DNA from: Dehalococcoidia bacterium
GTDB taxonomy: Bacteria; Chloroflexota; Dehalococcoidia; Bin125
DNA: 64,000 nt
Direction of reading: 5' to 3'
Assembly (NCBI GenBank): GCA_965215375.1
Contig: CBDCDO010000002.1
Span: 1,551,685-1,615,684 of the forward strand
Shown: positions 1 through 8,315 of the stretch, piece by piece
Numbering within the stretch: position 1 is the first letter of the stretch
Layout of the letters: each line of letters begins with the position of its first letter
The notes under the pieces: generated by a model
What the model saw: the letters and a program-made list of their open reading frames with translations, nothing else
Told to the model about the DNA's origin: nothing
The model's database searches: none
Translations under genes and position numbers: made by a program

Positions 1-183
1 AGCGACTATCGAACCGCCGAGCAGAACCTTGTCACGGCCGAGGAGCGCTTCGCCGCCGGACTACCCGTCCCGACTCCGGCGACGCAGGTGACTAGCAATA
101 CCTGCGGCCAAACATCGGCCGATCTTCCGGGTGGAATTGATGAGCTGGGCGATTGGCTGAGCACGCACAGCTCATCGTCATAA
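1..183 (+). CDS. 3' end of an unidentified CDS entering from upstream of the window (partial)
   Basis: Frame +1 is open from base 1 to TAA at 181-183 (…ELGDWLSTHSSSS*); no start codon is in the window. The product is not recognisable. Confidence 0.25.
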   Translation, partial: SDYRTAEQNLVTAEERFAAGLPVPTPATQVTSNTCGQTSADLPGGIDELGDWLSTHSSSS

Positions 184-308
184 GTCTGGCTGATGGTTGA
201 GTTCACACCCAGACTGAGTCGAGTGTCGTTGATACGCTGACCTGTATTCCAAGTTCGGCGTTGCAAGAAATCTTCGCCTGCAATCGGGTGAGGTCAGGAG
301 AGATCAGG

Positions 309-428
309 ATGGCAGCACAGACGGGAAAGCGTTATTTCTGCCCGAGCTGCGGCGCGGAGTTCATCGTCACGCGCGGCGGAGATGCAGAACTCAAGTGTGG
401 CGACACGCCGCTCGAAGAGAAGAAGTAG
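309..428 (+). CDS. small CxxC protein (39 aa), paralog of the next ORF
   Basis: ATG at 309 is preceded by GGAGAG. The product is MAAQTGKRYFCPSCGAEFIVTRGGDAELKCGD… It is below the 60-aa cutoff of the supplied ORF track. It shares the MAxQxGKRY…LKx D…E pattern with ORF 561..704. Confidence 0.35.
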   Translation: MAAQTGKRYFCPSCGAEFIVTRGGDAELKCGDTPLEEKK

Positions 429-560
429 CTTCGAACGGTCACCGTTCGATCAAGCAGACACAGCTGGCCATCGGAACGGGCGCGACGCTACGGCGTGGCA
501 GTCGATTAATCCGACGGGTCGGCCAGGAAGCATCACTGAGCGAGTGAGGGAGGAGCCAAC

Positions 561-704
561 ATGGCAGTCCAGCTAGGCAAGCGATATCGCGACGAAGAGT
601 CGGGCATTGAAGTGCTCTGTATCAAGCCGGGCGAGTGCGACCTCAAGGTCGACGAACGAGAGATGGAACTGATGCAACCGAAGGTTCTGCCCTCGGCTGA
701 CTAA
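561..704 (+). CDS. small protein (47 aa), paralog of 309..428
   Basis: ATG at 561 is preceded by GAGGGAGGAG. The product is MAVQLGKRYRDEESGIEVLCIKPGECDLKVDEREMELMQPKVLPSAD. It resembles the preceding small ORF. Confidence 0.35.
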   Translation: MAVQLGKRYRDEESGIEVLCIKPGECDLKVDEREMELMQPKVLPSAD

Positions 705-774
705 TCGTCGAGAAAGCCGCCCACCTGCTCAGACCGCTCCGATGTCTCGTTGACGCAAGGGATGACATAAGACG

Positions 775-1239
775 ATGTCTGCTGTCCGAGACCAATTGCG
801 CTCCGACCTGCGCGATGCGATGCGCGCGAAAGATGCGCCGCGCCGGAACACAATCCGAATGCTCGAGGCCGCGATCAAGAACGTGGAGATTGACAAGCGA
901 GGCAGCGAACTCGCCGACGCTGACGTGCTCGCGATCCTCCAGCGGCAGGTGAAGCAGCGGCGAGAGTCGATCGAGCAATTTGTCCAAGGCGGACGCGAGG
1001 ACTTGGCGGAGATAGAGCGCATCGAGATCGCAATCATCGAGCAATATCTCCCCCGGCAGCTCTCTCGGGAAGAGGTAGAAACAAGGGCACGGGCAGCCAT
1101 TGAGCAGGTCGGGGCAAGTGGTCCCGGCGATCGCGGCAAGGTGATGGGCATGCTCATGCGAGAACTGCGCGGCGAAGCGGATGGATCGCTAGTCAACGCG
1201 GTCGTCGGCGAGTTGCTGGCTGAGGCCGCTGACGCGTAG
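775..1239 (+). CDS. yqeY: GatB/YqeY domain protein
   Basis: The 154-aa product has the typical YqeY length and motifs (…MRAKD…RMLxAAIKN…EQYLP…G..MG.LM..LRG.ADG..V…). Confidence 0.85.
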   Translation: MSAVRDQLRSDLRDAMRAKDAPRRNTIRMLEAAIKNVEIDKRGSELADADVLAILQRQVKQRRESIEQFVQGGREDLAEIERIEIAIIEQYLPRQLSREEVETRARAAIEQVGASGPGDRGKVMGMLMRELRGEADGSLVNAVVGELLAEAADA

Positions 1240-1430
1240 GGAAGTCGCGACGGTCCGTCAGGCGCATCACCGTTTTCGGAACATTCCACAGGCAATTCCC
1301 CCGCGAATGCGGGAGTCTGCTTGGGTGAAGCGAGGTCTGTCTCGGCTCCTCGAGGTGCGTGGCTCGTAGGGCTCCTGGAGCGTGGGGGCAGGAGAACGGT
1401 TCCGGGCGACTGCTACACGACGGGCCCTCG

Positions 1431-1918
1431 TTTTCTGGTTGACGTAACGAGGTCGGCGTTATGGACTGGGACGCGGACTCCGATCCCTCTTCTTGAGCGC
1501 CACATGCTAGAGGCAGCGAACTCGCCGACGCTGACGTGTTTGCGATTCTCCAGCGGGAGGTGAAACAGCCGGGCGAGTGGTTCCGGCGATCGCGACAAGG
1601 TGATGCGCATCTTCCATGTGAGAGCTGCGCGGCGAAGCGGGTGGATCGTTAGTCAACGGGGTCGTCGGCGAGTTGTTGGCGGAGGCTTCTGACTCGTAGG
1701 GAAATCGCGCTCGTATTTGCTCGGATGGTTCGTCATACCCGCGCTCTGCCGCGGGTATCTCGCTGAGTTCGCGATGGGCTGTGGTGCGGTAGGGGTGAGC
1801 GCAGCAGCGCGCCGGACGGTCGAGCGGATCGAGATTTCCGCGACGAAGTCGCGGGAATGACGCATGTGTTTGTGCCGGGAATGGCTCCGCGAGACCACTG
1901 CACGACCGGCCCGCGTCT
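1431..1918. repeat. segmental duplication copy A: promoter-like element + internally deleted yqeY 3' fragment + REP palindromes
   Basis: Direct nucleotide similarity to 856-1239 (gcagcgaactcgccgacgctgacgtg…, …gctgcgcggcgaagcgg.tggatcg.tagtcaacg.ggtcgtcggcgagttg…). It starts with ttctggttgacgtaacgaggtc, a motif that recurs at 1919 and 2648. Confidence 0.7.
1500..1700 (+). pseudogene. yqeY remnant (decayed partial copy, internal deletion, no intact frame)
   Basis: Aligns to the yqeY 3' third and has stop codons and frame breaks. The ORF-track fragments …EAANSPTLTCLRFSSGR are out-of-frame translations of the same DNA. Confidence 0.55.
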
Positions 1919-1984
1919 TCTGGTTGACGTAACGAGGTCTGGTTGGTCGATTGAGGCGCGGACTACGATCCCTTATCCAGTGTG

Positions 1985-2225
1985 CAACATGGCCACATGC
2001 TTAAGGCTGCGATCAAGAACGTGGAGTTCGACAATCGTGGCAGCGACCTCGCCGACGCTGACGTGTTTGCGATCCTCCAGCGGCAAGTGAAGCATCGGCG
2101 CGAGTGGTTCCGGCGATCGCGGTAAGGTGAGGGGCATTCTCATGGGAGAGCTGCGCGGCGAAGCGGGTGGGTCGCTGGTCAACGGGGTCGTCGGCGAATT
2201 GTTGGCGGAGGCTTCTGACTCGTAG
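1985..2225 (+). pseudogene. yqeY remnant (second decayed copy)
   Basis: Homologous to yqeY codons ~28-60 and ~110-154 with the middle deleted and no continuous frame. Confidence 0.55.
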
Positions 2226-2382
2226 GGAAATCGCGCTCGTATCTGCTCGGAAGGTTCGTCATACCCGCGCTCTGCCGCGGGTATCTCGCTGAGTTCGCGA
2301 TGGGCTGTGGTGCGGTAGGGGTGAGCACAGCAGCGCATCGGCCTCGTCGTGCGGATCGAGATTCCCGCGACGTAGTCGCGGG

Positions 2383-2511
2383 AATGACGGATGGGTGTTT
2401 GTGCCGAGAATGACGGATGGGTGTTTGTGCCGAGAATGACGGATGGGTGTTTGTGCCGAGAATGGCGGGTGGGTTTGTGCCGAGAATGGCGGGTGGGTTT
2501 GTGCCGAGATT
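2383..2511. repeat. minisatellite: (gaatgacggatgggtgtttgtgccgag)x3 then (aatggcgggtgggtttgtgccgag)x2
   Basis: Perfect 27-bp x3 and 24-bp x2 head-to-tail repeats are seen directly. The single-copy progenitor is gaatgacgcatgtgtttgtgccggg at ~1853 in copy A. Confidence 0.85.
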
Positions 2512-2741
2512 GACGGATGTGTGTGCCGGCGGGCTCCTCGCGGTGTGTGCCTTGAGGGTTCTCTTCTGGGCGTGTGCCTCGGCTGGCTCCTGGCGAGTCA
2601 GGGCGGGTAACCGACCCCGCGAGACCATTCACGGACGGCTTTCGTTCTCTGGTTGACGTAACGAGGTCTGTATGATGGATTGGGGCGCGGACTGCGTTCC
2701 CTCATCCCGAGTGCCACCGAGCATGCTCCGATGATCCTGCG

Positions 2742-4931
2742 ATGAGCCAGTCAACCTACTTCACTCCCTGGCGTGTCGTTGTGTTTGGGATCGCGCTGGC
2801 GGTGGGGATCATCCTGGCGCTGACGCCCTTTCAACCGACCGAGCAGTTTCCGGCGGTCGGCGCGGTTGCGGATCGCGACGTCGTGGCCACGGAAGAGGTC
2901 ACGTTTATCAGCACGACGCTGACGGAGCAGGCGCGCGAGGTCGCCCGCAGCGAGGTCGAAACGCAGTTCGAGTTCAGCTCGGACATTCGCCCCGCGCAGC
3001 TCGAAGTGTTGCGCCTGTATCTCGCGTCCGTGCTGTTGGAGCGGCGAGCGAGAAACTCGCCCGTGGCTCCGGATCAAGACTCCGCGAGCTCGAGTGACCG
3101 AACGAACGGCGAGCGATCGGACGGGCGAGCGGCACCGATGCAGCGGGTCGAGGGGTCGAAGCTCGCCGAACGCGACGAGGCGTTCCTGATTTCCGTCTCC
3201 GATCCACTGTTTGCCAGCATCGAGCGCGAGTCGCAGTACGTGCTCGGTCGACTCTTGGGCGAGGAGCTGTACGAGGAAGACCTCGACGCGATTCGGCTGA
3301 GCTTGCCCGACCAGGTTGACGCGTCGTTATCGCTGACGGAGACGACCTTGGTCGCCTCGCTTGTCGCGGCCTACTTACGTCCCACGATGGTCGAGTCGAT
3401 CACGGTGACGGAGGAGGCGCGGTCGCGTGCGGCTCGCTCGGTGAGCGGGATCGGGCGAACCGTCGCCGAGGGTGACGTAGTCGTCGAGCGCGGTGCGACC
3501 GTGGACGACTTCAATGCGGAGGCGCTCCTCCGACTGACCCCACGCAGTGCCGGCATCGAGTTGGAGTCGCTCGGCGCGATCGTGATCATCAGCGTCCTCG
3601 CAGCGGCGGCGCTCTCGCTGTTCCTGATGATTTGGAAGCCCGAAGAGGTATCGAGCGATCGTCGCCTGTTGCTGCTCGCGATTCTGATTCTGTGCTCGGT
3701 TGCTGCCGCTCGATTTTGGTTCGAGTTCGCGTTGCCAAACGGCGCCGACGATTCGCTCGACCTGATGTTGCCACTGGCCGCGGTGCCGGTGCTGGTCGCT
3801 GCGCTGCTGAGCACCGGGCTCGGCGTGACGACCGGCGTGCTGATCGCAGTGCTAGCGGGACTGGCAGCGATCGTGCTGCCCGACTACGGGTCTGCGCCCT
3901 CTGGTGTGCTGGCGCTCCGACCGATGCTGTTCTTCCTGGCGAGTTCGTTGGGTGGTGTCTTCGCGGCGACTCGCGCGCAGGCACTGGCTCAGTATGGTCT
4001 GACCGGGATTGCGGCTGGGTTGACTGGATTCCTCGTCGGCGCCGGCGTTTGGTTGCTCGACCCCGGTCGCGTGACAGACGAGCTCGGTTGGTTGGCGCTG
4101 GCGTCGCTGGTCACTGCTGCGCTGGTTGCGGTGATTACGATCGGCGCGTTCTCGCTGCTCGGAGCGCTCTTCGGGATTACCACACCAATGCGCTTGCTCG
4201 AGCTGGCGCAGCTACAACGACCGTTGCTCCGCCGTCTGCAGGACGAAGCGCCGGGCACGTTTCACCATTCGCTCCTCGTGGCGACACTGTCGGAGCGCGC
4301 CGCGGTGCAGATCGGCGCTGACCCGCTCTTGGTCCGAGTCGGCGCGTACTACCACGACATCGGGAAGCTCAATCGCCCGTCGATGTTTATCGAGAATCAG
4401 GAAGGGTCCAACCCGCACGACAACCTGGAGCCTGGAGAGAGCGCTCGGTTGATCATCGAGCACGTGACTGGAGGCGATCATCTCGCGCGCCGTGATCGAT
4501 TGCCTCCGCGGATTCGCGATTTCATCCTGGAGCACCACGGATCGCGGCGGGTCGCCTTTTTCTATCGCAAGGCGGCGCTGACCGACCCTCGCGTCGATCC
4601 TCGGGACTACACCTATCCGGGACCGGCCCCGCAGACGCGCGAGACCGCGATCGTGATGTTGGCTGACAGTTGTGAGGCTGTCGTCCGCGCCAGCGGGGAG
4701 CAGGACGCCGAGCGGATCGGCATGCTGGTCGACGGTGTCTTCGACGAGCGTCTCCGCGAGCGGCAGCTGGACTATTGTGACCTGACGTTGAGCGAGTTGC
4801 GACAGATATCGGCGAGTTTCAAGCAAACGCTCGCCGGGGTGCACCATCAGCGGATCGAGTATCCACCTGCTGCGGAAGCGGAGTTGCGCGCGACTCCTCG
4901 CGAGGAGTCAACGGCGAAGCCTGCGGTGTAG
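2742..4931 (+). CDS. membrane-associated HD-superfamily phosphohydrolase (7TM receptor + HDIG domain; PgpH/YqfF-like)
   Basis: The 729-aa product has an N-terminal signal/TM and extracytoplasmic region, seven predicted TM helices (approx. aa 280-480), and a C-terminal HD domain (…LLVATLSERAA…YYHDIGKL…HH…). This is the architecture of the PgpH family. Confidence 0.8.
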   Translation: MSQSTYFTPWRVVVFGIALAVGIILALTPFQPTEQFPAVGAVADRDVVATEEVTFISTTLTEQAREVARSEVETQFEFSSDIRPAQLEVLRLYLASVLLERRARNSPVAPDQDSASSSDRTNGERSDGRAAPMQRVEGSKLAERDEAFLISVSDPLFASIERESQYVLGRLLGEELYEEDLDAIRLSLPDQVDASLSLTETTLVASLVAAYLRPTMVESITVTEEARSRAARSVSGIGRTVAEGDVVVERGATVDDFNAEALLRLTPRSAGIELESLGAIVIISVLAAAALSLFLMIWKPEEVSSDRRLLLLAILILCSVAAARFWFEFALPNGADDSLDLMLPLAAVPVLVAALLSTGLGVTTGVLIAVLAGLAAIVLPDYGSAPSGVLALRPMLFFLASSLGGVFAATRAQALAQYGLTGIAAGLTGFLVGAGVWLLDPGRVTDELGWLALASLVTAALVAVITIGAFSLLGALFGITTPMRLLELAQLQRPLLRRLQDEAPGTFHHSLLVATLSERAAVQIGADPLLVRVGAYYHDIGKLNRPSMFIENQEGSNPHDNLEPGESARLIIEHVTGGDHLARRDRLPPRIRDFILEHHGSRRVAFFYRKAALTDPRVDPRDYTYPGPAPQTRETAIVMLADSCEAVVRASGEQDAERIGMLVDGVFDERLRERQLDYCDLTLSELRQISASFKQTLAGVHHQRIEYPPAAEAELRATPREESTAKPAV

Positions 4932-5002
4932 TGAGGCATCTGGGGCTGGGAAGAAGTTCGCGGACAACTGGCCATAACGAGAGCGACCGATAGCATCGGC
5001 AT

Positions 5003-5665
5003 ATGCGATTCGCCGTGCTCGTCTTTCCCGGTACGTGGAGCGACTGGGACTGCGTGCACGCGCTCGAGGATTTGGGTCAGACGACGGAGCGCGTTTGGCA
5101 CAAGGAATCGTCGTTGGACGATTTCGACGGGGTGATTCTCCCGGGCGGCTTTTCCTATGGTGACCATCTCCGCTGTGGGGCGATCGCACGATTCTCACCG
5201 GTGATGTCGGCGCTGGAGTCGTTCGCCGCGACTGGCAAGCCGATCTTCGGCTCGTGCAATGGCTTTCAGATTCTCTGCGAGGCTGGGTTGTTGCCTGGCG
5301 TGTTGTTGCGCAACGCGTCGTTGCAGTTTCGCTGTCAACCGCAGTCGCTCAGCGTTACGCAGGCCGAGACGGGATTCACCAACGCGTGCTCGCAGGGACA
5401 GATCGTCGAGCTGCCGATCTCGCACGGGGAAGGTCAGTACTTCGCTCCGCCGGACGTGATCGACGAGCTCGAGGATGCAGGGCGCGTGGTGTTTCGCTAT
5501 GCCGGCGAGAATCCGAACGGTTCCCTCAGGGACATTGCCGGAATCATCAATCCGATGGGGAACGTACTCGGGATGATGCCACATCCCGAGCGCGCGTCCG
5601 ATGCGCTCCTCGGTGGCACCGATGGCAACTACATCTGGCGATCAATCATTGAACGATGGGGTTGA
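5003..5665 (+). CDS. purQ: phosphoribosylformylglycinamidine synthase, glutaminase subunit PurQ
   Basis: MRFAVLVFPG…GVILPGGFSYGD…GSCNGFQIL…MPHPER is the class-I glutamine amidotransferase signature of PurQ. Confidence 0.9.
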   Translation: MRFAVLVFPGTWSDWDCVHALEDLGQTTERVWHKESSLDDFDGVILPGGFSYGDHLRCGAIARFSPVMSALESFAATGKPIFGSCNGFQILCEAGLLPGVLLRNASLQFRCQPQSLSVTQAETGFTNACSQGQIVELPISHGEGQYFAPPDVIDELEDAGRVVFRYAGENPNGSLRDIAGIINPMGNVLGMMPHPERASDALLGGTDGNYIWRSIIERWG

Positions 5666-7923
5666 GCGTGTCGGACAACACGGACCTGACCTCCCCCGCG
5701 AATACTGCTCCGGCTGAGGTAGACGACGACGTCCTGGCGCAGATTGCGCTCAGTCGCGAGGAGTACGACCGCGCCTGCGACATGCTCGGTCGGGCGCCAT
5801 CCGATGTTGAGCTGGGGATGATCGGTGCGCTCTGGAGCGAGCACTGTGGCTACAAACATTCGCGTCCGCTTTTTCATCACTTCCCCACTGAGAGCGAGCG
5901 CACGCTGACCAAACTGGGCGACGAGAACGCCGGCGCGATCGATATCGGCGATGGCTGGGTCGCGGTGATGAAGATTGAGTCGCACAACCATCCCTCGGCG
6001 ATTGAACCGTATGAGGGCGCAGCGACCGGTGTGGGCGGAATTGTGCGTGACATCTTCGCGATGGGCGCCCAGCCGATCGCGCTGCTCGACTCGCTGCGCT
6101 TCGGCCCGCTCTCGGAGCCGAACAACCGACGCCTCTGTGTCGGCGTGGTCGAAGGCATCGGCGGATACGGCAACTGTCTCGGCATTCCGACGGTCGGCGG
6201 CGAGTTGGTGGTCGGCCCGTCCTATAGCGGAAATCCGCTGGTGAACGCGATGTGTCTGGGGATCGCGCCGAGCGACTCGCTGATCTCAGCGACCGCTGGT
6301 CCTCCGGGCACCCAGTTGATGATCGTCGGCGCCGACACCGGTCGCGACGGTCTGCACGGAGCCACGTTTGCCTCGGTCGAGCTGGATGAATCCTCCGCGG
6401 AGCGACGTCCGGCGGTACAGGTCGGGAATCCGTTCCTCGAGAAGTCGCTGATGGATGCCTGCGTGGGACTCGTTCGAGATCATCGTGACTGGCTCGAGGG
6501 GTTGCAGGACTGCGGCGCTGCGGGAATCACGTCGTCGACCGTCGAGATGGCCGAGCGCGCCGGCGTGGGGATTCGCATCCAAACGCAGCGAGTGCCGCGG
6601 CGCGAGTCGGGAATGACCGCGTACGAGGTCATGTTGTCGGAGTCGCAAGAGCGGATGATCGCCGCGGTCAAACCTGCGCATATCGCCGATGTCCAGGCGT
6701 GGTTCGATCACTGGGACCTCCACGCGGAGGTGATCGGTGAGGTCACGGATGACGGACTCGCGCGTGTCTTTGACGGAGGTCATGAGGTTGCGGCCGCGCC
6801 GGTCTCGGTGCTGACATCGCCGCCGGCGTACACGCCGACCGCGCAGCGGGACATCGATGCCGCCACGAGGTGCGCGTGGGACCCGTCGACGCTCCCAGAC
6901 TTAGCACCATCGCAAGCGGAAGACGCATTGATTGGCCTGTTGGGATCGCCGAACATCGCTTCGAAGCGGTGGGTGTATCGGCAGTACGACCACATGGTGG
7001 GGACGAACACCGTCGTCACGCCAGGGTCGGACGCCTCAGTGCTGCGCCTTCGAGGGCTGCAACAAGGACTCGCCGTGTGCACCGACGGCCCGGGACGGCT
7101 CGTCGAGTTGGACCCCTACGCCGGAGCCGCCCGAGCGGTCGCCGAGTCCGCGCGCAATGTCGCCTGCTCCGGTGCGCGTCCGGTCGCGGTGACCGACTGC
7201 CTGAACTTCGCCAACCCGGAGCGCGCGACGATTTACTTCCAGCTCCGGGAGTCGATTCGCGGCATGGCCGACGCATGTCGGGCCTTCGAGATTCCCGTCG
7301 TTTCGGGCAACGCCAGCCTGTACAACGAGTCGGAGGATGGCCCCGTCACGCCGACGCCAGTGGTCGGCATGCTCGGCATCATCGCGGACGTCCGCCAAGC
7401 CGTGCGCATGGCCTTCCGAGACGAGGGCGACGAGGTCTGGCTGCTTGGCGGGACGCTCCAGCAGGAAGCCGCGACGCTGGGCGGAAGCGAGTACGTGAGC
7501 ATCCGGCACGGGATGTCGGCAGGGCCGATCGACGTTGATCTGGATGCGGAAGTCCGCTTGGTTGAGACGCTCATTCAAGCGTCCGAGGCTGGCCTGTTGA
7601 AGTCGGCACACGACTGCTCCGAGGGCGGTCTTGCGGTAGCCCTCGCCGAGTCCGCGATTGTTGGGGAGATCGGGGTCGACATCCGACTGGGACAGGTCGA
7701 TCGGCTCGACGCAGCGCTCTTCGGCGAGGCCGGCGCGCGCGCAATCGTCAGCGTCGACAGCGAAGACGCGCCCAAGCTCGCGGAGCTTGCCGCGCAGGTC
7801 GGAGTGGCCGCGATGATGGTCGGCATGGTCGGGGGCGAGCGCCTCGAAGTCGGCCCGATCAGTCTGCCACTGATCGAGGCAACCGATGCGTGGAAATCGG
7901 CGCTGCCGTCGCTCCTCGACTGA
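5656..7923 (+). CDS. purL: phosphoribosylformylglycinamidine synthase subunit PurL (FGAM synthase II)
   Basis: The 755-aa product is two AIR-synthase-related domains (…SEHCGYKHSRP…GGYGNCLGIPTVGGE…). It overlaps the purQ stop, and the GTG at 5668 is an alternative start. Confidence 0.9.
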   Translation: MGLSVSDNTDLTSPANTAPAEVDDDVLAQIALSREEYDRACDMLGRAPSDVELGMIGALWSEHCGYKHSRPLFHHFPTESERTLTKLGDENAGAIDIGDGWVAVMKIESHNHPSAIEPYEGAATGVGGIVRDIFAMGAQPIALLDSLRFGPLSEPNNRRLCVGVVEGIGGYGNCLGIPTVGGELVVGPSYSGNPLVNAMCLGIAPSDSLISATAGPPGTQLMIVGADTGRDGLHGATFASVELDESSAERRPAVQVGNPFLEKSLMDACVGLVRDHRDWLEGLQDCGAAGITSSTVEMAERAGVGIRIQTQRVPRRESGMTAYEVMLSESQERMIAAVKPAHIADVQAWFDHWDLHAEVIGEVTDDGLARVFDGGHEVAAAPVSVLTSPPAYTPTAQRDIDAATRCAWDPSTLPDLAPSQAEDALIGLLGSPNIASKRWVYRQYDHMVGTNTVVTPGSDASVLRLRGLQQGLAVCTDGPGRLVELDPYAGAARAVAESARNVACSGARPVAVTDCLNFANPERATIYFQLRESIRGMADACRAFEIPVVSGNASLYNESEDGPVTPTPVVGMLGIIADVRQAVRMAFRDEGDEVWLLGGTLQQEAATLGGSEYVSIRHGMSAGPIDVDLDAEVRLVETLIQASEAGLLKSAHDCSEGGLAVALAESAIVGEIGVDIRLGQVDRLDAALFGEAGARAIVSVDSEDAPKLAELAAQVGVAAMMVGMVGGERLEVGPISLPLIEATDAWKSALPSLLD

Positions 7924-8315
7924 GCACAGTCAGCAGCGACGAAACCATGGCCAGTTCACATTGAGTTGAGCATGTCGTGGATCAGGACGAAGTGAATGGC
8001 GGCGGTACATCTCACGGTCATAGGAGTGCGGTCGTTGACGGTTTGACCGATGTGGGACGACAGGGATGGCTGCCGAGTTTGAGCGCTCAGCGTCGAGTCG
8101 CGTCGTGGAGCTGGCCAAGTGAGCGACCGATGATCAAAGGGATGCGGTCGCCGTCGACCAGCGAGTGCAGCTTCGTCGTCGGGCCGCCTCGAGAGCGGCC
8201 GGATCTTTGGCGCCCCCTGTTCGTCGCTCAGCGTCGTCGGGCACGTCACACGCGGCCGACGACGCCATCCGCCACCGGTCTGACACACCTACGTCCCAAT
8301 GTGGACAGGCCCTGG

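Larger units (their letters stand above)
1919..2644. repeat. segmental duplication copy B (longer), containing a yqeY remnant with a ~150-bp internal deletion, REP palindromes and an expanded minisatellite
   Basis: 1919-2300 is near-identical to 1431-1800 (for example gggaaatcgcgctcgtat.tgctcgga.ggttcgtcatacccgcgctctgccgcgggtatctcgctgagttcgcgatgggctgtggtgcggtaggggtgagc). It includes atgctt/aaggctgcgatcaagaacgtggagttcgacaa, homologous to yqeY 856-900. Confidence 0.7.

Noticed and set aside
2383-2532. Tandem direct repeats that might be taken for a CRISPR array
   Set aside because: The repeats are head-to-tail with no unique spacers; the units are 27 and 24 bp with progressive variants, and they lie inside a duplicated non-coding segment. 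It is a minisatellite, not CRISPR.
3371-4847. Multiple long ORFs on the minus strand and in alternative frames inside the 7TM-HD gene (for example 3632..4321 +, 4212..4847 -)
   Set aside because: These are shadow ORFs typical of high-GC DNA. Their products are Arg/Ala/Pro-rich with no motifs and fully overlap a well-supported CDS.
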